A stretch of 11,315 nt of DNA. Origin: a bacterium (GTDB taxonomy: Bacteria; Hinthialibacterota; Hinthialibacteria; Hinthialibacterales; Hinthialibacteraceae). Positions within the stretch are counted from its first letter, which is position 1. Each line of letters opens with the position of its first letter. The notes beneath the pieces were generated by a model. The model was not told where the DNA came from. It saw only the letters and a program-made list of their open reading frames with translations, and ran no database searches. Position numbers and translations under genes: made by a program. Positions 1-7,239 of this stretch are shown here, in pieces. The DNA is taken from the NCBI GenBank assembly GCA_963663405.2, contig CAXXSM010000134.1:1-11315 (forward strand), given 5' to 3'.

Positions 1-396
1 GGACTCATTCAACAGGTTGTGCCTGCCATCAAGAATGCATCGCAACTGGTCCAACAAATTAACATGAATTGCGAAGAACAGACTCAAGGGGCCGATCAAA
101 TTCGAACCGCGATCACGCAGCTGGATGAGGTAACCCAGCAAAATTCAGCGACGAGTGAAGAGTGCGCGTCAGCCAGCGAACAACTGTCCGCGCAGGCGGT
201 GGCTCTACAGGAATTGGTCAGCCAATTTAAGATTCACAATGGAACTGGCCAGCAGAGTATGGCGTCAACCCCGTCGAATCGAGAACTGATTCACGCTCAA
301 TCGTTTACGCGCGAAACAACCCCGCCATTACCAGACCGATCATTTTCCTCCAAACCCCATGAATCGACATTTGATGATGAGTTCAAGAGTGTTTGA
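1..396 (+). CDS. Methyl-accepting chemotaxis protein, C-terminal part (5'-truncated by the window edge)
   Basis: The frame is open from base 1 (GLIQQVVPAIKNASQLVQQI...), so GTG at 19 is not the true start. EEQTQGADQIRTAITQLDEVTQQNSATSEECASASEQLSAQAVALQELVSQF is a typical MCP C-terminal methylation helix. It is followed by a Pro/Ser-rich tail of about 50 aa ending FDDEFKSV, stop TGA 394-396. Confidence 0.93.
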   Translation, partial: GLIQQVVPAIKNASQLVQQINMNCEEQTQGADQIRTAITQLDEVTQQNSATSEECASASEQLSAQAVALQELVSQFKIHNGTGQQSMASTPSNRELIHAQSFTRETTPPLPDRSFSSKPHESTFDDEFKSV

Positions 397-448
397 ACGA
401 ACACATTTTCACCGTTGTCGAGTTTTTGCGTGAAAGAGGAAGTCAGAT

Positions 449-505
449 ATGGAGATGAAGATCAATATTTTCGAATACAGACTTTTAAAAATCAATTCGG
501 TGTGA
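449..505 (+). CDS. Possible 18-aa leader/small peptide MEMKINIFEYRLLKINSV
   Basis: SD-like GAGGA at 436-440, ATG 449-451, TGA 503-505. It lies just upstream of two hairpins. There is no homology evidence and it could be a chance ORF. Confidence 0.2.
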   Translation: MEMKINIFEYRLLKINSV

Positions 506-520
506 AACGAGGCACGCAGG

Positions 521-564
521 AACCGGGAGAGAGCGTGTAGAAGAGCAAACGCTCTCTCCCGGTT
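521..564. repeat. Perfect 16-bp inverted repeat (stem-loop, 12-nt loop)
   Basis: AACCGGGAGAGAGCGT (521-536) is the exact reverse complement of ACGCTCTCTCCCGGTT (549-564). No 3' U-tract follows on either strand. Confidence 0.9.
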
Positions 565-583
565 AAAAATCTGATACGAATAA

Positions 584-639
584 GGAACGAAATGATTCGG
601 CTTTTCAGCATGAATAAATTCATCGTTCCACACTTTTTT
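584..639 (+). terminator. Possible intrinsic terminator/attenuator hairpin
   Basis: GGAACGA (584-590) pairs with TCGTTCC (623-629), with imperfect inner pairings (TGA/TCA, ATTC/GAAT, GCT/AGC). T6 follows at 634-639 after a 4-nt gap. The geometry is imperfect for a canonical terminator. Confidence 0.3.
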
Positions 640-656
640 CAAGACGCCGTTCGTAG

Positions 657-662
657 AGGAGG
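657..662 (+). promoter_or_regulatory. Shine-Dalgarno sequence of the 668 gene
   Basis: AGGAGG lies 5 nt upstream of ATG 668. Confidence 0.85.
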
Positions 663-667
663 AAATT

Positions 668-1831
668 ATGCCGGTGGAACAGACAGCGATAACGCAATCC
701 AATCACGGATCCAACTTCTCCATTCTAATCGTGGACAATGATCGGAATTCACAAGGAATGGTCGAATCGCTGCTTAAGGAAGAGAATTACAATCTCGTCT
801 TTGCGGCCAACGAATCAGAAGCGTTGCAAAACGCGGAAGCGTTCTCGCCTGACGCGGTCTTGCTGGATGTGACAGCGCCGGAGGTGAACGGGTACGAGGT
901 TTGCCGCCGGCTGCGTGATTGTCCAGCGGCGAAGAACAGCGCTGTTCTTATTCTGGCAAATCCAGACGATTGGACTTCATCCTTGAAAACTTATGAAAAA
1001 GATGTGGATGATTTCATCACAATACCTTTCGAGCGAGAGGCATTGCGGATGCGTTTGAGGAATATCATTCGCCAAAAGCGCGCGGAAAAAGCGCTGCGAA
1101 TCGCGCTTGACGAATTAGAGCGGCGAAAGGAAGAGGGGATCGCTGACTTAGCGCATACCACCGCCAGATTACAGAAATTGCATCGAGAACTTGAAGCGCA
1201 GGAACAAATCGAAGAAAAATGGATGGGGCTATCAGAGGTGGCTGAGTTTATTTCAGACACGATCGTGATCACAGACTCCAACGGGTTGATCCAATACGCC
1301 AATCCCGCCTTCCAGCGCATGACGGGATTCTCTCTCCATGAGCTGACGACTGGCCAAACGCAGTATCTTCTTCATAGTGGAAAACACAAAGAATCTTTTG
1401 AGAGTGATCTATGGAATACGATCGCGCAGGGAAAGATTTGGAGAGGTTGGTTCGCAAATAAAAAAAAGGATCAATCCATTTACGAAGAAGAAGCCGTAAT
1501 CGCGCCCGTTCGCAATCGGTCGGGCGCAATTGTAAATTATGTCAAAGTAGGCCGTGACGTAACCGGTGGAATCGAATGCAAGGCCCTTCCGCCCAATCCA
1601 CAGAAAATGGAGACAAGGAGTATCCAGGCCGGGAAAATCGCTCATGACTTAAATAATATTCTGACTACGATTTTAGGCTATACCTGTCTCGCGATGAATG
1701 ATGTTCATGAAAATGGTCCCACCTACAATAAACTCATCCAAATCGATGAAGCCGGAAAACGCGCCACCGGTTTGATTAAGGAATTGCGCGCGTTGAAGCC
1801 GACACCAGAAGGGCAGCAGGCGCTCGGATAA
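668..1831 (+). CDS. Pseudo-receiver + coiled coil + PAS + HisKA (DHp) protein lacking the HATPase domain
   Basis: REC fold (ILIVDND...AVLLD67V...DDFITIPF) and a charged helical linker. PAS/PAC (DTIVITDSNGLIQYANPAF...LWNTIAQGKIWRG...NKKKD...RDVT). H-box AGKIAH326DLNNILTTILGY. The stop comes about 60 aa after the His, with no N/G1/F/G2 boxes. Strong SD. Confidence 0.88.
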   Translation: MPVEQTAITQSNHGSNFSILIVDNDRNSQGMVESLLKEENYNLVFAANESEALQNAEAFSPDAVLLDVTAPEVNGYEVCRRLRDCPAAKNSAVLILANPDDWTSSLKTYEKDVDDFITIPFEREALRMRLRNIIRQKRAEKALRIALDELERRKEEGIADLAHTTARLQKLHRELEAQEQIEEKWMGLSEVAEFISDTIVITDSNGLIQYANPAFQRMTGFSLHELTTGQTQYLLHSGKHKESFESDLWNTIAQGKIWRGWFANKKKDQSIYEEEAVIAPVRNRSGAIVNYVKVGRDVTGGIECKALPPNPQKMETRSIQAGKIAHDLNNILTTILGYTCLAMNDVHENGPTYNKLIQIDEAGKRATGLIKELRALKPTPEGQQALG

Positions 1832-1838
1832 TCGTATC

Positions 1839-1857
1839 CAACATTCAACATTCAACA
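1839..1857 (+). repeat. Heptamer tandem repeat (CAACATT) x2.7
   Basis: CAACATT CAACATT CAACA in the 39-bp spacer, running into the AGGA SD-like site at 1857-1860. Confidence 0.75.
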
Positions 1858-1870
1858 GGATCATCGTACT

Positions 1871-4800
1871 ATGAATTGGCGGCAAAGGGGATTCATCTTT
1901 CTATTAGTCCTAACGGGGTTGCTTTTTATTTGTTGGCAAGTTCAGATAACCGATCGGCAACTGCGTAAGGACGCGTTCCAGGAGGCGCGGGTAGCCGTGG
2001 GAGCCGTGGATCTAAAACATGTCCAGGCGCTATCCGGCACAACGGTTGACCTTAACTCGCTGGATTATCTAGAACTTAAGGAACAATTAGCGCGCGCCAA
2101 ACAAGCGAATGAGAAATGCCGGCATATCTATCTCCTGGGCCTTGAACCGGATGGGAAGGTTTACTTCATCGTGGACAGCGAACCGGAGAATTCGAAAGAA
2201 GATTCGTCCACTGGCCAGATTCACGAAGGGATAATCCCAGTAACCGATCATGGTTACTACACTCCAACGGCGTATGTGGACGGTCCAATAACCGATTCCT
2301 CGGGAACGTGGATAGCGGCGCAGATCTCTCTGCTCGATCCAGAAACCGGCGAACCGATGGCAATGTTCGTCATGGAGAGCAAGGCGGAGGACTGGATGTG
2401 GGATATCGCCGCTCGTATATCTCCGCCTGCCAGTTTGGTGTTGATCGTGTTGATTCTGTTGGCTTCTGGACTCGTGGCTCCACAATCCAGCGCTTCTATC
2501 TCTGTCAAGCCGGTTCAACGCCGTTTACTGATCCCGTTATCAACCGTATTGTTTCTTCTCGTCGCTGGTTTCGGCATCATTTTAATCAAGTTACAGTACA
2601 GAAATCTGGATCAATCTTGCCAACAAACATTGAAAACCACTTCAGCCCAGCTGAAGAAATCACTCGCGAATCAATCGGAAGAGTTGTCCGCCTTGGGGCA
2701 GGTTCTGGTCAACGAAAATAAACTGCGCGGCTCGCTCAAAGCGCAGGATCGGGAACGGCTGCTTGCGGAATACAAACCGCTTTTCGCTCAGTTACGAGAA
2801 CACTATGGTATTACACATTTCTATTTCCATTCTCCCGGCCGGATCAACCTGCTCCGCGTTCACAAACCGGAAACGTACGGCGACCGGATCGAACGTTACA
2901 CAGCGCTTGAGGCGGAGCGAACTGGGATAACGGTTTCCGGTATCGAATTGGGGCCATTGGGCACTTTTACACTGCGAGCCGTACGGCCCGTTTTCGACGG
3001 TGGCGCTCTCCTAGGATACTTAGAACTGGGTAAAGAGATCGAGGACGCTTTGGCCGGTATTCACGCCGAACCGGATCTCGAACTGGCGGTGGCTATTCGA
3101 AAGACCGCATTGCATCGAGAGCAGTGGCAAAAGGGGATGAAGATGCTCGGACGGGACGCCGATTGGGATCGGTACCCCGATGTTGTATTCATCTATTCAT
3201 CCCTGCCGCATTTTCCATCCGCATGCGATCGTTTCGTTGATGAAGAAGGCCATATCCATCGGACTGTGAACGTTGAAACTGAATTCAACGATAAACAATG
3301 GCGCGTCATGGTCAGCCCGATCGAGGATGTCTCCGGCGCCGCAGTGGGGGATCTGATCGTCCTGTATGATATCAGCCAAGAAAAAAAAACCTTAAACCAG
3401 CTTCTTGCCATCGTGCCGGGGGGAGCGCTTGTTCTTTTTTCAGCTCTGATGTGTTTTCTGTATATCGTGTTGCGCCGAACGGATCTGGGGATCCAAAAAC
3501 AACAAACCGAGTTAGCCGAGAGCGAAAGACGTTTACGGAGTGTTCTCGATTCCGCTTTGCAGGTTTCAATCATCGCGTCTGATCCGGAGGGATTGATCAC
3601 AATATTCAATACCGGCGCAGAACGTATGTTGGGGTACAGCGCGGATGAAATGGCCGGCAAACAGACCCCCGCCATTTTTCATCTGGAATCGGAAATCAGA
3701 ACTCGTGGGAGGGAACTGAGCCAGGAGTACGGCCGGCCTGTAACCGGTTTCGAAGTCTTTGTTTTGAAAGCGCGGGAAAACGGTAGTGAGGAAAGCGAGT
3801 GGACTTATAGAAAAAAAAATGGGGAGTTGATCTATGTCAGCCTGAACGTGACGGCCATTCGCAATAAAAAAGGGGAAATCACTGGATTTCTGGGGATCGC
3901 GGTGGACATCACAAGACGAAAACAAGTGGAGAAAGAATTACGCGAGAGCGAAGAGCGTTTTCGGGATATCGCGCAAAGCACCTCGGATTGGATCTGGGAA
4001 ACCGGCGCGCAAGGCCGTTATACCTATGTCTCGAGTGGAATGGATACAATCATGGGCTACGCGCCCGAAGAACTGTTAGGGAAAACGCCATTTGACTTCA
4101 TGCCGGAAAAAGAGATCGAGCGCGTATCCACGATATACACACAAATTATAGAAGAAGAAAAACCTATTGTTGAATTGGAGAATTTGAACCGTTCGAAAGA
4201 TGGACGGGAAGTCTACCTGTTGACAAACGGCGTTCCTCGTTTTGACAACGAAGGAAACCTTATGGGGTATCGCGGTGTAGACAAAGATATTACAGCGAGT
4301 AAACGAGCCGAGGAGGAACTGCGGGAGAGGGAAACGGTATTATCCGCGATTAGCCAATCGGCGCAGGAAGCGATTGTGATGATTGACAACGATGGCAAAG
4401 TCATCCATTGGAACAAGAGCGCTGAACGGATTTTCGGATACACCGCGGAAGAAACGCTGCATCTGGTTCTCCACGAGGTTCTCGCTCCAGATAACTACCG
4501 ATCGGCCTATCAAGAAGCCTTCGCCCAATTCCGCGTTAGTGGTCAGGGCGCGGCCATTGGGAAAACAGTGGAACTGTACGGGTTGCACAAAAACGGCGCA
4601 CAAATCCCTGTGGAACTCTCTCTTTCAGCGGCCCGAATCAAAGGCCAATGGCACGCCATCGGTATCCTGCGTGACATTTCGGACCGCAAGCGTATCGAGC
4701 ATGAGCGCCGCGCCGCGCAGAATTTTCAGCGGCGCATACTGGATACCGCCGCCACAGCCGTCTTCACAGTCGATCCTAACATGATCATCACAAGCGTCAA

Positions 4801-7228
4801 TCGTGAGTTCTCTACCCTGACGGGATACAGTGAAGAAGAAACAGTAGGGCGGCATTGCCAGATGTTAAGGGGAGAGCCCTGCATGACGATGTGTGGACTT
4901 TATAATCCCGATCGTATAGATCCGATCTACCGCAAACAATGCTCGATTCGCGCGAAAGACGGCCGCCGTCTGATCATCCTTAAAAACGCGGATCTGATCC
5001 ATGACGAAGCGGGGCATAGTACAGGGGGGATTGAATCCTTCATCGATGTGACGGAATTGGTCGAGGCGCGGGAAGAAGCGGAGAAGGTGTCTCAGAACCT
5101 GGACGCGTTTGCGCGCGAAATGGAATTGAAAAACATCGAATTGGATTATGCGCGTAACAAGGCGGAAAAAGCGACTCAAGCGAAGAGTGTGTTCCTAGCC
5201 AATATGAGCCACGAGATTCGCACCCCCATGAACGCGGTCATTGGGATGACGGGTTTATTACTGGAAACAGAACTCACCAAGGAGCAATATCGTTACGCCG
5301 AAATCGTGCGCTCCAGCGGCGAATCGCTGCTGAGGCTGATTAACGACATTCTAGATTTTTCAAAAATTGAAGCGGGGAAGATCGAATTGGAGACTTTGAA
5401 TTTCGATCTTCGGCTTACCATTGAAGACGTGGTGGAGATGCAGGCCTTGCGGGCGCAGGAAAAAGGATTGGAGTTTACATATCTAATCAAACCTGAAATT
5501 CCTTCCCTTCTCCGTGGGGATCCAGGCCGGTTACGGCAGATTCTGATTAACCTATGCGGCAATGCAATAAAATTCACGTCTGTTGGGGAAGTTTCTTTAG
5601 CGGTGGAATTAGAAGAAGAAACCGCGGAATCGGTCACTGTGCGTTTCACGATCACGGATACGGGGATTGGCATCCCTCTTCACCGCCGGGAATCGTTGTT
5701 TTCCCCTTTCACGCAAGCCGATCAATCCACGACGCGTAAACATGGGGGGACGGGATTGGGGCTCAGCATTTCCAAAGAATTAACCCGGCTGATGGGGGGG
5801 CAGATCGGCGTGGAGAGCGAGCAAGGAAACGGATCGGCTTTTTGGTTTACGGCGGTGTTTGAGAAACAGACAGAGAAGGAACCAACCAGCGAATCCCATT
5901 TTTCTGAACTCCGCGGCGTCAAAGTCTTAATTATTGACGACCATGAATCGAACCGGCTTTTAGTCTCGACACTGCTTCAGTCCTGGGGCTGTCAATACGG
6001 CGAAGCGGTGAACGGCGAGGAAGCGCTTACCCAGCTTCGAAAAGCGGCCGAATCGGGAATCCCGTATCAAGTTGCTCTGATTGATTATCAAATGCCGGTC
6101 ATGGATGGGAAAACATTGGGCGTTCAAATCAAATCCGAACCGGCGATCGAGAAAACCATATTGATCATGCTGACCTCGATCGCCGGGAGAGGAGACGCCA
6201 AAGAATTCGAACGGATTGGATTTACGGGTTATCTCCCCAAACCGATTCGTCAAACTCAACTTCACGATTGCCTGGCGTTGGCGCTGGGTTTACAAAAACA
6301 AGAGCGGCCGGAAGTAAGAGATGGCATAATCACCAAACACACAATCGCCGAAGCGAAAAAACAACACCGCCGTATTTTGCTCGTCGAAGACGACCGGACC
6401 AACCAGCTGGTCGCCTCATCGATCCTGAAAAAATATGGCTTTCAGGTGGAGATCGCTTCGAATGGCAAGGAAGCGATCGATCGCTTAAGCGCCCATTCCT
6501 ATGAAATCGTTCTCATGGATTGTCAAATGCCCGTCATGGATGGCTACGAAGCCACGCGGACGATCCGGCGCACGGAGTCTCCGGTCCTCAATCATCAGAT
6601 TCCCATTATCGCAATGACGGCGAACGCCATGGACGAAAGCCGGGATGAATGCATCCGCGCTGGGATGGATGATTTTTTGACCAAACCCGTGAATCCCCAC
6701 GATTTAGTTGAAAAGATCGAATCGTTTTTGAAACAAACCAATCATGAAGTTTCTCCGATTTCCCTCCAATCGGCATCTATAACAGAGAAAATCTCTCCGG
6801 ATTCTCCCCTGGATCAGTTTGATAAATTGAGAACGCGTGATGACAGTATGACAGGAAAAAATACATCCAGCCAACCAGTCCTAAATTGGGAGGAAGCCGT
6901 ACGGAATGCGGGAGGCGATGAAGAAACCGCCCGGGAAGTCATCTCTTTGGTATTGGAGGATCTTCCGGAAATCGTGCAGGCCTTGAAAACAAGCTTAGAT
7001 CGGGACGAGAAAAAAGACGTGGAACGTTACGCGCATACGATCAAAGGGGAGGCTGCCAATATTGGGGCGAGTTTGTTGCGAGAGATCGCTCAAACAATGG
7101 AACGCAATGCGCGGGAGAATGCGATGGATCAAGTCCAGAAACAGGTAAAGCGGCTCGAAACCGCCTGTCAGGAATTGTGCGGCGCTATTCAAGACCAATT
7201 CAACGAGAACGAGTCCGATCAAAATTAG
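1871..7228 (+). CDS. Membrane-bound unorthodox hybrid sensor histidine kinase (4 TM, two extracytoplasmic sensors, 4 PAS, HisKA, HATPase_c, REC, REC, HPt)
   Basis: Hydrophobic segments at about aa 8-24, 187-203, 219-239 and 511-534. A dCache_3-like region (ITHFYFH...LLRVHKPETYGD...SGIELG). Four PAS/PAC units ending DIT/DIT/DIS/DVT. H-box FLANMSH1114EIRTPMN, N box NLCGNAIKFT, G1 DTGIGI, F box LFSPFTQAD, G2 GGTGLGL. REC1 LID1405YQMP...KP, REC2 LMD1550CQMP...KP, HPt AH1722TIKGEAANIGA. Confidence 0.96.
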   Translation: MNWRQRGFIFLLVLTGLLFICWQVQITDRQLRKDAFQEARVAVGAVDLKHVQALSGTTVDLNSLDYLELKEQLARAKQANEKCRHIYLLGLEPDGKVYFIVDSEPENSKEDSSTGQIHEGIIPVTDHGYYTPTAYVDGPITDSSGTWIAAQISLLDPETGEPMAMFVMESKAEDWMWDIAARISPPASLVLIVLILLASGLVAPQSSASISVKPVQRRLLIPLSTVLFLLVAGFGIILIKLQYRNLDQSCQQTLKTTSAQLKKSLANQSEELSALGQVLVNENKLRGSLKAQDRERLLAEYKPLFAQLREHYGITHFYFHSPGRINLLRVHKPETYGDRIERYTALEAERTGITVSGIELGPLGTFTLRAVRPVFDGGALLGYLELGKEIEDALAGIHAEPDLELAVAIRKTALHREQWQKGMKMLGRDADWDRYPDVVFIYSSLPHFPSACDRFVDEEGHIHRTVNVETEFNDKQWRVMVSPIEDVSGAAVGDLIVLYDISQEKKTLNQLLAIVPGGALVLFSALMCFLYIVLRRTDLGIQKQQTELAESERRLRSVLDSALQVSIIASDPEGLITIFNTGAERMLGYSADEMAGKQTPAIFHLESEIRTRGRELSQEYGRPVTGFEVFVLKARENGSEESEWTYRKKNGELIYVSLNVTAIRNKKGEITGFLGIAVDITRRKQVEKELRESEERFRDIAQSTSDWIWETGAQGRYTYVSSGMDTIMGYAPEELLGKTPFDFMPEKEIERVSTIYTQIIEEEKPIVELENLNRSKDGREVYLLTNGVPRFDNEGNLMGYRGVDKDITASKRAEEELRERETVLSAISQSAQEAIVMIDNDGKVIHWNKSAERIFGYTAEETLHLVLHEVLAPDNYRSAYQEAFAQFRVSGQGAAIGKTVELYGLHKNGAQIPVELSLSAARIKGQWHAIGILRDISDRKRIEHERRAAQNFQRRILDTAATAVFTVDPNMIITSVNREFSTLTGYSEEETVGRHCQMLRGEPCMTMCGLYNPDRIDPIYRKQCSIRAKDGRRLIILKNADLIHDEAGHSTGGIESFIDVTELVEAREEAEKVSQNLDAFAREMELKNIELDYARNKAEKATQAKSVFLANMSHEIRTPMNAVIGMTGLLLETELTKEQYRYAEIVRSSGESLLRLINDILDFSKIEAGKIELETLNFDLRLTIEDVVEMQALRAQEKGLEFTYLIKPEIPSLLRGDPGRLRQILINLCGNAIKFTSVGEVSLAVELEEETAESVTVRFTITDTGIGIPLHRRESLFSPFTQADQSTTRKHGGTGLGLSISKELTRLMGGQIGVESEQGNGSAFWFTAVFEKQTEKEPTSESHFSELRGVKVLIIDDHESNRLLVSTLLQSWGCQYGEAVNGEEALTQLRKAAESGIPYQVALIDYQMPVMDGKTLGVQIKSEPAIEKTILIMLTSIAGRGDAKEFERIGFTGYLPKPIRQTQLHDCLALALGLQKQERPEVRDGIITKHTIAEAKKQHRRILLVEDDRTNQLVASSILKKYGFQVEIASNGKEAIDRLSAHSYEIVLMDCQMPVMDGYEATRTIRRTESPVLNHQIPIIAMTANAMDESRDECIRAGMDDFLTKPVNPHDLVEKIESFLKQTNHEVSPISLQSASITEKISPDSPLDQFDKLRTRDDSMTGKNTSSQPVLNWEEAVRNAGGDEETAREVISLVLEDLPEIVQALKTSLDRDEKKDVERYAHTIKGEAANIGASLLREIAQTMERNARENAMDQVQKQVKRLETACQELCGAIQDQFNENESDQN

Positions 7229-7239
7229 AAGGAGAAATC

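Noticed and set aside
389-409. Small hairpin GTGTTT-GAAC-GAACAC followed by ATTTT over the MCP stop codon
   Set aside because: The stem is short and AT-rich and overlaps the stop codon, too weak to call a terminator.
509-525. Sigma-54 promoter (GGCACG -24 element)
   Set aside because: There is no TTGC -12 element at the required spacing.
490-570. c-di-GMP-I (GEMM) riboswitch suggested by GAAA...CACGCA near chemotaxis genes
   Set aside because: The GGCAAA lead-in, a paired P2 stem and the GACGCAAA junction are not present. An Rfam scan would be decisive.
409-702. 97-aa minus-strand ORF across the intergenic region
   Set aside because: It overlaps the start of the 668 gene, has no recognisable motif and runs through the hairpins. 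Probably a chance ORF.
7177-7239. Longer N-terminus for the CheY-like gene given in the ORF track
   Set aside because: It overlaps the kinase gene. GTG 7240 has a good SD and starts at the receiver boundary.
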